Origin: Ruminococcus sp.
Lineage (GTDB): Bacteria; Bacillota; Clostridia; Oscillospirales; Ruminococcaceae
DNA: 64,000 bases
Direction of reading: 5' to 3'
NCBI GenBank assembly: GCA_045616285.1
Contig: JAZLGM010000089.1
Coordinates: 2,914-66,913, forward strand
Position numbers and translations under genes: made by a program. The notes under the pieces are model-generated. The model saw only the letters and a program-made list of their open reading frames with translations. It had not been told where the DNA came from and did not search any database. Shown piece after piece: positions 48,093-56,678 of the stretch (its first letter is position 1; each line of letters begins with the position of its first letter).

Positions 48093-49399
48093 AAATACCG
48101 AAAAGAATTGCATCGGCTGTTATTAACTCCCTCAAAGGAGGAGTAGTGCCGAGGACAGGTCTTCCCTATATTACTGTCGGACGTGAAACAGAAATAGATG
48201 CATTGCTTCATGATGTAGGCATAATTGCTGAAGGCGGAGCGTCTTTCAGATTCATCGTAGGAAAATATGGTTCGGGAAAAAGCTTTCTTTTACAGACAAT
48301 CAGAAGTCATGTAATGGACAGGAATTTTGTTGTTGTGGATGCAGATTTGTCACCTGAAAGAAGATTACAGGGTACAAAGGGGCAGGGAATTGCGACTTAC
48401 AAGGAATTAATCCGTAATATGTCCACAAAAACTCGTCCTGACGGAGGTGCTTTGACTCTTATTCTTGACAGATGGATTAACAGTATAAAAACGGAAACAA
48501 TGAACGAAACAGGGATTACTCCCGAAAATCCGGAATTTGAAAAAGCTGTTGAAAGAAAAATTTACGATGTTGTGAATGCACTTAATGAAATGGTACACGG
48601 ATTCGACTTTGCAAAACTTCTTAGCATATACTGCAAGGCGGCATCAGATGGAAATGAGGAGGAAAAAGCAAAGGTCGTAAAATGGTTCAGGGGTGAGTAT
48701 GCGACAAAATCCGAGGCAAAAAGTGAGCTTGGAGTTAATATAATTATTACAGATGACGATTGGTACGAATATATAAAACTGTTTTCGATGTTCCTTAAAA
48801 AGGCAGGATACAGCGGAATGCTTGTTCTCATTGATGAACTTGTAAATATATACAAGATTCCAAACAGTATTACAAGGCAGTACAATTATGAAAAAATCCT
48901 TACAATGTACAATGATACATTGCAGGGAAAGGCCAAGTATCTCGGAATTATTATGGGTGGCACTCCGCAGTGTATCGAGGATACAAGACGTGGAGTATAC
49001 AGCTATGAAGCCTTGCGGTCAAGACTTTCTGAAGGACGTTTTGGGCGTGAGGGGATAAAAGATATGCTTGCTCCTGTAATTCATCTTACTGCACTTACGT
49101 ATGAGGAAATGCTTGTTCTTATTGAAAAACTTGCTGATATTCATTCACAGCTTTTTGACTATCAGCAAAAAATAACGCAAGAGGATATGATTAGCTTTAT
49201 AAAGATTGAATTCGGAAGAATAGGTGCCGACAGTCATATAACTCCTCGTGAGGTTATACGTGATTTTATTGAGCTTCTTGATATCGTTTATCAGAATCCG
49301 AATATTGTTGTTTCTGAATTCATCGGTTCGGAAGGCATGATGTTTTCAAGTGATGACAGAAGTGAAACAGAAGGGGATTTCGCAGAGTTTGAAATATGA
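48089..49399 (+). CDS. DUF2791/BrxD-family P-loop ATPase (Shango SngB-like)
   Basis: SLKGGVVPR.GL, GKYGSGKS, LIDELVN, YSYEAL.SRL and TPRE.IRDF motifs; ATGA overlap with the upstream gene. Confidence 0.85.
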   Translation: MKIPKRIASAVINSLKGGVVPRTGLPYITVGRETEIDALLHDVGIIAEGGASFRFIVGKYGSGKSFLLQTIRSHVMDRNFVVVDADLSPERRLQGTKGQGIATYKELIRNMSTKTRPDGGALTLILDRWINSIKTETMNETGITPENPEFEKAVERKIYDVVNALNEMVHGFDFAKLLSIYCKAASDGNEEEKAKVVKWFRGEYATKSEAKSELGVNIIITDDDWYEYIKLFSMFLKKAGYSGMLVLIDELVNIYKIPNSITRQYNYEKILTMYNDTLQGKAKYLGIIMGGTPQCIEDTRRGVYSYEALRSRLSEGRFGREGIKDMLAPVIHLTALTYEEMLVLIEKLADIHSQLFDYQQKITQEDMISFIKIEFGRIGADSHITPREVIRDFIELLDIVYQNPNIVVSEFIGSEGMMFSSDDRSETEGDFAEFEI

Positions 49400-49414
49400 T
49401 TTTGGGTGTTGAAA

Positions 49415-50137
49415 ATGGAATACAAATTTGAGAAACTTACTGAAAAAATATATGTCTGTGCAAGTTCTGATCACCGTTTCGGAACAGATGCTTTTCTTCT
49501 TGCAGACTTTTCAAAATACAGGCACAAAGACAAGGCTTGTGATCTTGGAACAGGGTGCGGGATTATTCCCTTGATTATGCAGAAAAAACTCCCTCCTCAG
49601 GTTACTTATGCGGTTGATATACAGGAGGGTGCAATTGAACAGCTTAAACTCGGAATCGAGAGAAGTGAAACGGTTGGTATTGTTCCTGTTTGTGCAGATT
49701 TGAAGGAGCTTTGGGATGATGCTCCGAAAGGTCAGCTTGATCTTGTAACCTGCAATCCGCCTTATAAGGCAGATAATGCGGGATTTCAGAGTGAACTCAC
49801 AGCACAGCGTATTGCACGTCATGAAGTTCTGTGCAATATTGATGATGTATGCGGGGCAGCAGAGAAGCTTCTTAAATACGGCGGAAGACTTTGTATATGC
49901 AATCGTCCTGAAAGACTTAGTGATGTTATTACTGCAATGAAAAACCATAATATTGAACCGAAGAGACTTCGCATGGTTTCAAAAAATCCTGATGAAGCCC
50001 CATGGCTTTTTCTTATCGAGGGCAAAAAAGGTTCAAAGTCATTCATGCAGATAGAACCTCAGCTATACATAAGAAGCGAAAACGGATTTACTGAGGAATT
50101 AAAACGCATATACTCAACAGGAAAGGAAACGGAATGA
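49415..50137 (+). CDS. tRNA1(Val) A37 N6-methyltransferase-like (TrmN6/YabB)
   Basis: FGTDAFLLA, DLGTGCG, CNPPY and ARHE motifs; precedes rsmI. Confidence 0.88.
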   Translation: MEYKFEKLTEKIYVCASSDHRFGTDAFLLADFSKYRHKDKACDLGTGCGIIPLIMQKKLPPQVTYAVDIQEGAIEQLKLGIERSETVGIVPVCADLKELWDDAPKGQLDLVTCNPPYKADNAGFQSELTAQRIARHEVLCNIDDVCGAAEKLLKYGGRLCICNRPERLSDVITAMKNHNIEPKRLRMVSKNPDEAPWLFLIEGKKGSKSFMQIEPQLYIRSENGFTEELKRIYSTGKETE

Positions 50138-50958
50138 GCGGAACAGTTTATATAATCGGAACTCCCATAGGAAATATGGAAGATATTACCCTGCGACAGC
50201 TTCGTATGCTTGGTGAAGTGGATTTTCTATGTGCGGAAGATACAAGAGTTACAGCAAAGATTTTAAATCATTTTGATATAAAAAAACAGCTTGTCAGTTT
50301 TCATGAGCATAGTTCACACAGCGAGGCGATGAGGATAATTGAACGTGTGCAGAACGGAGAAAACTGCGGAATTGTTACTGATGCGGGAATGCCTTGTATT
50401 TCTGATCCGGGTGAAGTTCTTGTAAGACTTTCATACGAAAACGGAATTGATGTCAAAGTTATCCCCGGACCGACAGCGGTTGCGTCAGCTGCTGCACTTT
50501 CGGGAATGAATATAAGGCGTTTCACATTTGAGGGATTCATTCCTGTCAACAAAAAGGAACGTCGTGAAAGACTTGAACTTCTCAGGGATGAAACAGCAGT
50601 AATGATTTTTTATGAGGCTCCTCACAAGCTGAAAAATACACTTTCTGATTTTAAAGAATTTTTCGGCGGTGAAAGAGAAATTTCGGTTTGTCGTGAACTT
50701 ACGAAGATTTATGAAGAAACATTGAGATTTACTCTTGCTGAGGCTGTTGAATATTATAATGAAAAAGAACCGAGGGGAGAGTATGTCCTTGTTGTTCAGG
50801 GGAAAACATCTGATTCGTCTGTTGAAGTTACAATAGAACAGGCGCTTGAACAGGTGAAAAAGCTGATTGATATGGGTGAAAAGCCCACAGAGGCTTGTAA
50901 GGCTGTTGCAAAGGAAACAGGTTTCAAAAAAGGAGAACTATATTCACAGCTTGTATAA
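50134..50958 (+). CDS. rsmI: 16S rRNA C1402 2'-O-methyltransferase
   Basis: TPIGNMEDIT, AEDTR, DAGMP.ISDPG and RELTK.YEE motifs. Confidence 0.96.
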   Translation: MSGTVYIIGTPIGNMEDITLRQLRMLGEVDFLCAEDTRVTAKILNHFDIKKQLVSFHEHSSHSEAMRIIERVQNGENCGIVTDAGMPCISDPGEVLVRLSYENGIDVKVIPGPTAVASAAALSGMNIRRFTFEGFIPVNKKERRERLELLRDETAVMIFYEAPHKLKNTLSDFKEFFGGEREISVCRELTKIYEETLRFTLAEAVEYYNEKEPRGEYVLVVQGKTSDSSVEVTIEQALEQVKKLIDMGEKPTEACKAVAKETGFKKGELYSQLV

Positions 50959-51070
50959 TGCAGTATTACATAGTCAAAGTCTGAGGATTACTTATTTACG
51001 GCTGTGTCTTTGATACTGCTGCTAATTTTCGGAGATTGCTTATATCTTCTTATACAAATCGGAGGAACGG

Positions 51071-51838
51071 ATGAAAAATAGTATATTGGACGGAATATAT
51101 AATTACTTTACAAAGACAGAAAAAATACTTTGGACAATTTCGGTTGTACTCATAGTCACAACATTTATTCTGTTTGACAGAGTGAACTATGGAACTCTGA
51201 CAGCGTCGCTGATTGGTGTGACTGCGCTTATTTTTAATGCAAAAGGAAATCCTATAGGACAGATAATGATGATTGTATTCAGTATTCTGTACGGAATAAT
51301 ATCATTCAAGGTTGCTTACTATGGAGAAATGATAACCTATATGGGAATGAGTGGCCCTATGTCGGTAATTGCGCTTATTTCATGGATAAGTAATCCGTAT
51401 AAGAATAATCGTGCAGAGGTGAAAGTTGACCATCTTAAAGAAAAGGAATACTTGTGGCTCCCTCTTATGACAGCTGTAGTGACGGTTGTGTTCTTCTTCA
51501 TACTTGCTGCGTGCAATACAGCGAGTATTGTAGCAAGTACATTTTCGGTAACAACCAGCTTTGTTGCGGTGTATCTGTCATACAGACGAAATGTATATTA
51601 TTCCCTTGCGTATGCCGCAAATGATGTTATCCTTATCATTCTTTGGGGAATAGCGGCATTAAATGATATTTCATGTCTTTCGGTGCTTGTTTGCTTTGTT
51701 GTATTCCTTGCGAACGATCTTTACGTGTATATATGCTGGGTGAAAATGAAGAAAAGACAATTCAATGAGCAATGGGCAAAATACTGCGCTACATTTGATG
51801 CACATATAAACGACGTTCATTATTTTCCTGATTTTTGA
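51071..51838 (+). CDS. PnuC-family (nicotinamide riboside/vitamin) transporter
   Basis: Multi-TM protein with SLIGV..LIF.AKG, YYGEMITY and YAAND..LI.LW motifs. Confidence 0.8.
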   Translation: MKNSILDGIYNYFTKTEKILWTISVVLIVTTFILFDRVNYGTLTASLIGVTALIFNAKGNPIGQIMMIVFSILYGIISFKVAYYGEMITYMGMSGPMSVIALISWISNPYKNNRAEVKVDHLKEKEYLWLPLMTAVVTVVFFFILAACNTASIVASTFSVTTSFVAVYLSYRRNVYYSLAYAANDVILIILWGIAALNDISCLSVLVCFVVFLANDLYVYICWVKMKKRQFNEQWAKYCATFDAHINDVHYFPDF

Positions 51839-51890
51839 TTGAATAGTCCGAAATACGATATATATTGTCTATAGTTTTTCGACAAACTGT

Positions 51891-51918
51891 AAAGAGCGGT
51901 CAAACCGCTCTTTTTTTT
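51891..51918 (+). terminator. Intrinsic terminator after pnuC
   Basis: aaagagcggt-caa-accgctc then T8. Confidence 0.88.
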
Positions 51919-52071
51919 ACTGAAAACAAATAAAAGTGAAAATTATGAAAAAACTATTAAAAAACTATGGAAATTTTTGATTAAGTGTGATATAATATCT
52001 ATTGTGATTTGTTATTTGCGAAATACAGGAAATTACATTTCATATATCTCAGTAAAGGAGTATAAATTATA

Positions 52072-53337
52072 ATGAAATATAACAGAATTGAAATTGCTGA
52101 AAATATCGGATTTTCATCTGTTATCGACAGCAAATTCAAAACAGTTTCACTCGTTATAAGGTTCATAACAGAACTTGATAAGTCAACTGTATCAGAAAAT
52201 GCTCTCGGTTTCAGTTATCTTTCCGATTCAAACAGCAAGCTTAATACAATTGCACTTCTCAATGAAAAGCTTTCCGAACTTTACGGAGCGGAAATATCAT
52301 CTTCTGTCAGAAAAAGGGGAGATGTTCAGATTCTCGGACTTTCGTCTTCATGGCTGAGTAACCGCTATGCAATTGATGGAGAGGATATTGAGTCTGAAAT
52401 GACAGGAATATTCATGGATTGTCTTTTCTCACCGAATGCGGCAGACGGAAGATACGACAGCGAACTTTTTGCTATAACACAGAAAGATATGCTCGACAGA
52501 ATAGATGCGGAAATCAATAACAAGCGTGGATATGCGCTTGTGAAAGGAATGGAACTTGCCTGCAAGGGGGAGCCTGCTGAAAATTCAGCTAATGGTACAA
52601 GGGAAACAGCTTCAGCTGTAACAGTGGAATCTGCGTACAATGCGTACAGAAGAATCCTTGAAACAGCACAGGTTGAAATTTTCTATGTTTCACCTGATGA
52701 GAATACTAAACTTCCCGAATTGTTCAGAGAAAATTTCAGCAGAATTAATCGTCGTTCACATTCCTGCGTATTCAGAACCATAAGTCCTTTTAAGGATGAA
52801 ACGGAAATCCTCTCAGAGGAACTTGATGTAAGACAGAGTAAAATGGTTATGTGCTTCAAGACAGATTCAGACGATGTATTTGCTCTTAAAATGCTGAGTA
52901 CAATTTATGGTGAAACACCTGTTTCAAAGCTTTTTGCAAATGTACGTGAAAAACTCAGTCTCTGTTACTACTGCGCTTGTCGCTTTACGCAGACAAAGAA
53001 TATTTTATGCGTTGACAGTGGTGTTGAGAAGGGAAATATTGAAAAAGCCAAGGAAGAAATCCTCAATCAGCTCGATGAAATCAGAAAGGGAAATATCTCT
53101 GATGACGAAATCGAAAGCGCACTTCTTTCGCTTGATAACGGATTTACTTCAATCGGTGATACACCGTATTCGTATTCAACATGGTATTTTGAGCGTTTCT
53201 GTGACGGTAAAATCGTAACTCCTGAAGAACAGTTCAATGAATACAGAAACATCACGAAAGCAAGACTTATACAGGCTGCACAGTCACTCAGACTTGACAG
53301 CATATACTATATGCTCAATAAGGAGGCTGAGGAATAA
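52072..53337 (+). CDS. M16 peptidase-like protein, inactive subunit (YmfF-like)
   Basis: KFKT, LYGA and SKLF.NVREK.SLCYY motifs; no HxxEH. Confidence 0.85.
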   Translation: MKYNRIEIAENIGFSSVIDSKFKTVSLVIRFITELDKSTVSENALGFSYLSDSNSKLNTIALLNEKLSELYGAEISSSVRKRGDVQILGLSSSWLSNRYAIDGEDIESEMTGIFMDCLFSPNAADGRYDSELFAITQKDMLDRIDAEINNKRGYALVKGMELACKGEPAENSANGTRETASAVTVESAYNAYRRILETAQVEIFYVSPDENTKLPELFRENFSRINRRSHSCVFRTISPFKDETEILSEELDVRQSKMVMCFKTDSDDVFALKMLSTIYGETPVSKLFANVREKLSLCYYCACRFTQTKNILCVDSGVEKGNIEKAKEEILNQLDEIRKGNISDDEIESALLSLDNGFTSIGDTPYSYSTWYFERFCDGKIVTPEEQFNEYRNITKARLIQAAQSLRLDSIYYMLNKEAEE

Positions 53338-53338
53338 A

Positions 53339-54616
53339 ATGGAAAAGAAAATTCTTACAAGCTCAAGGACAGGCGACAGCTGTGTTTATGTAAAACATCC
53401 GAGCGGTCTTGATATTTACATCTGTGAAATGAAGGGATTCAGTTCGGTAGAGGCACTTTTCGGCACAAAGTATGGTTCAATAAACACAATGTTCAAAATG
53501 TCTGCTGATAAGGAATATACAACAGTACCTGAAGGAATCGCACATTTTCTTGAACATAAGCTTTTTGAGAATGAGGATTGTGATGTTTTTGAGCTTTATG
53601 CCAAAACAGGTGCTAACGGAAATGCATTTACATCGTTTGACAAGACAGCATACCTTTTCAGTTGCTCAAAGAACTATCAGGCATCGTTGAAAATACTTCT
53701 TGATTTCGTTCAGGCTCCGTATTTTACACAGGCGAGTGTTGATAAGGAACAGGGAATTATAGGACAGGAAATTCAGATGACAAATGATAATCCGGGATGG
53801 AGAGTATTTTTCAATATGCTCCGCTGTATGTATCATAATCATCCTGTAAAAATTGATATAGCAGGTACTGTTGAGAGTATAGCTCAGATTGATGCTGATT
53901 TGCTTTACAAGTGCTATAATACTTTCTACAACCTCAATAATATGGTACTTTCGATTGCTGGAAATATCAGCGTTGATGAAGTTCTTTCGATATGTGATGA
54001 GTGCCTTAAACCTTGTGAGGATAAGGGACTTGAAACTGTTTTCCCTGATGAGCCGACTGAAATCGTACAAAGTGAAATTTATGAGAAACAGCCTGTCGGT
54101 GCATCAATTTTCCACCTCGGATATAAGTGTGTTCCATGTTTGGGCAGAGAAAGACTTATAAAGTCAACAAGAGCTTCTCTTGCATCATCAATAATAACTG
54201 ATCCTTCACTCGGAATGTATCAGAAATTGCTGAAAGACGGAGTTATCAATTCGACTTTCGGCGGAGAGGTATTCATGGGTGACGGATATTTCACGGTTAT
54301 TTTCAGCGGTGAATCTGATTCTCCCGAAAAGGTGCGTGAGGCACTTGTGAAAGAGACAGAAAGAATACTTGCAGAGGGAATTGATGAAAAGGTATTTCAG
54401 CGTATCAAAAAGTCAACTTACGGAGTTCTTGTGAGAGAACTCAATAATGTTGAAGCAGTTGCACATTTGATGATGAACAGCCACATGGATGGTGTCGGAA
54501 TTTATGATGCAATAGATGTTCTCTCAGAGGTATCAGCGGATGACGTAATTGATTTTATCAGAACCGAACTCATAAGCGACAGACTTGTTATGTCTGTAAT
54601 TGAGGGGACGGTGTAA
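53339..54616 (+). CDS. M16 family peptidase (YmfH-like)
   Basis: GIAHFLEHKLF (HxxEH), NAFTSF and KEQGIIGQEI motifs. Confidence 0.9.
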   Translation: MEKKILTSSRTGDSCVYVKHPSGLDIYICEMKGFSSVEALFGTKYGSINTMFKMSADKEYTTVPEGIAHFLEHKLFENEDCDVFELYAKTGANGNAFTSFDKTAYLFSCSKNYQASLKILLDFVQAPYFTQASVDKEQGIIGQEIQMTNDNPGWRVFFNMLRCMYHNHPVKIDIAGTVESIAQIDADLLYKCYNTFYNLNNMVLSIAGNISVDEVLSICDECLKPCEDKGLETVFPDEPTEIVQSEIYEKQPVGASIFHLGYKCVPCLGRERLIKSTRASLASSIITDPSLGMYQKLLKDGVINSTFGGEVFMGDGYFTVIFSGESDSPEKVREALVKETERILAEGIDEKVFQRIKKSTYGVLVRELNNVEAVAHLMMNSHMDGVGIYDAIDVLSEVSADDVIDFIRTELISDRLVMSVIEGTV

Positions 54617-54619
54617 CAC

Positions 54620-55711
54620 TTGACAGAAGTTGAGAGAATAACCGAACAAAACGTGATTTCCTTTCCGAAACTCGGATTTGAATTCAGTATAGACCCGACA
54701 GCCTTTACGGTTTTCGGGCTTGGAATTCAATGGTACGGAATTATTATAGTATTGGGAATTGCACTTGCCTCACTTTATTGTTTTCCACGTATGAAACGAT
54801 TTGGAATTGCAGGTTCAGATGCTATGGATGCTGTACTCGGGGGAATTATAGGCGGAATAATCGGTGCGAGAGCATATTTTGTAATTTTTAACTGGGACAG
54901 CTATAAGGATAATCTTGTTCAGATTTTCAATACACGCAACGGTGGACTTGCGATTTACGGAGGCTTAATCGGTGCAATGATTGTAGGTCTGACTATATGC
55001 AGGATAAAGAAAATCAGATTATTGCCTATGCTCGATATTGCGGTTATCGGATTTCTTATCGGACAGGGTGTCGGCAGATGGGGAAATTTCGTTAATCAGG
55101 AAGCATTCGGCACAAATACTGACAGCATATTCGGAATGACGGGCGGCAGAATTCAAAGCTATATTCTGAGAAATTCAGCATATATGGATGGTGATGCGGT
55201 TAGCAGAGGAATTGAGCTTTCCGAAAAATATGCGGTTCATCCGTGTTTTCTTTATGAATCGGTATGGTGTCTCCTCGGATTTGTGATTCTTGCATTCTGG
55301 TCAAAAAGAAGAAGATACGACGGACAGCTTTTTCTCATGTATCTTTCGTGGTACGGATTTGAAAGAATGATTGTTGAGGGATTGAGGACAGACAGCCTTA
55401 TGTTTGGAAATCTGCGTGTTTCACAGGGTTTATCCGCAATTGTACTTGTTGTATCTGTAATTATACAGATTATTCAGGCATCAAGATTCAGACGTGAACC
55501 TGAAAGGTTTATACTCTACGCAGAAACGCAGGAATCAAAGAAGTATCTTGAGTCAATACGTCTCAGGGAGATGAACAGAAAACTCGGCGTAAGTCATGAG
55601 AAAAATGCCGAAGATGATATAATAACAGAAAAAAAAGAGGAATCCGATAAGAATGAAGCGGGTTACTCTGGAATAATCAAGGAGGAAAATGAAAATGGCA
55701 CAGATAATTGA
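54620..55711 (+). CDS. lgt: Prolipoprotein diacylglyceryl transferase
   Basis: [21 protein letters not shown] and HPCFLYES motifs. Confidence 0.95.
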   Translation: MTEVERITEQNVISFPKLGFEFSIDPTAFTVFGLGIQWYGIIIVLGIALASLYCFPRMKRFGIAGSDAMDAVLGGIIGGIIGARAYFVIFNWDSYKDNLVQIFNTRNGGLAIYGGLIGAMIVGLTICRIKKIRLLPMLDIAVIGFLIGQGVGRWGNFVNQEAFGTNTDSIFGMTGGRIQSYILRNSAYMDGDAVSRGIELSEKYAVHPCFLYESVWCLLGFVILAFWSKRRRYDGQLFLMYLSWYGFERMIVEGLRTDSLMFGNLRVSQGLSAIVLVVSVIIQIIQASRFRREPERFILYAETQESKKYLESIRLREMNRKLGVSHEKNAEDDIITEKKEESDKNEAGYSGIIKEENENGTDN

Positions 55712-56555
55712 TGGAAAAGCTGTATCAGCAAGTGTTAAGGAGGAGGTTGCAGCAGAGGCAGCAAGACTCAAAGAGGAAAAGGGACTTAAAGTTGGTCTCG
55801 CAGTAGTAATCGTAGGAAATAATCCTGCATCAAGGGTTTACGTAAACAACAAGAAGAAGGCTTGTGAAGCTGTTGGATTCCAGTCTTTTGAATATGCAAT
55901 GGATGAGGATACAACACAGGAACAGCTTCTTGATCTCGTTGAAGTACTCAACAGGGATGACAGAGTAAACGGAATTCTCGTACAGCTTCCTCTCCCGGCA
56001 CACATTGATGAAAAAGCTGTAATCAATGCAATCTCACCTGACAAGGATGTTGATGCATTCCACCCTGTAAATGTCGGAAAAATCATGATAGGCGAATATG
56101 CTTTCCTTCCATGTACACCTGCAGGTGTTATGCGCCTTATTGAAAGCACAGGTGTTGATGTAACAGGAAAGAACTGCGTTGTTATCGGCAGAAGCAACAT
56201 CGTCGGCAAACCACAGGCAATGCTCCTTCTCCAGAAGAACGGTACAGTTACAATCTGTCATTCAAAGACAAGGAATCTTAAAGAAGTATGTCTTGGTGCT
56301 GATATTCTTGTAGTTGCAATTGGAAGAGCAAAGTTTATCACAGGTGATATGGTTAAGGAAGGCGCAGTAGTAATTGATGTCGGCATGAATCGTGATGAAA
56401 ACGGAAAGCTTTGCGGTGACGTTGAATATGAGTCTGCAGAAAAGAGAGCAGGATACATAACACCTGTTCCTGGCGGAGTTGGTCCTATGACAATCGCAAT
56501 GCTTATGAAGAACACTCTTACAGCGGCTAAACAGCAGGCAGGTATTGAGGAATAA
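55695..56555 (+). CDS. folD: Methylenetetrahydrofolate dehydrogenase/cyclohydrolase
   Basis: [27 protein letters not shown] and PGGVGPMT motifs. Confidence 0.97.
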   Translation: MAQIIDGKAVSASVKEEVAAEAARLKEEKGLKVGLAVVIVGNNPASRVYVNNKKKACEAVGFQSFEYAMDEDTTQEQLLDLVEVLNRDDRVNGILVQLPLPAHIDEKAVINAISPDKDVDAFHPVNVGKIMIGEYAFLPCTPAGVMRLIESTGVDVTGKNCVVIGRSNIVGKPQAMLLLQKNGTVTICHSKTRNLKEVCLGADILVVAIGRAKFITGDMVKEGAVVIDVGMNRDENGKLCGDVEYESAEKRAGYITPVPGGVGPMTIAMLMKNTLTAAKQQAGIEE

Positions 56556-56581
56556 TTCAAGGCAATAATTATTTAAGTAAG

Positions 56582-56608
56582 AGAGGGTGATATTTTATAT
56601 CACCCTCT
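56582..56608 (+). terminator. Stem-loop after folD
   Basis: agagggtgatat-ttt-atatcaccctct; weak U-tract. Confidence 0.6.
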
Positions 56609-56617
56609 GATGTGTTT

Positions 56618-56648
56618 TCATATATTTTCGTCCTTCTGCATATTCATT
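56618..56648 (+). promoter_or_regulatory. Candidate sigmaE-type (mother-cell) promoter
   Basis: TCATA-16 bp-CATATTCATT resembles the B. subtilis sigmaE consensus. Confidence 0.45.
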
Positions 56649-56678
56649 AATGTAGAAAAATACGGACGAGGTGATTTA

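Noticed and set aside
44528-49405. Mobile element or prophage boundaries around the accessory island
   Set aside because: No integrase, transposase, terminal inverted repeats or target duplications are visible.
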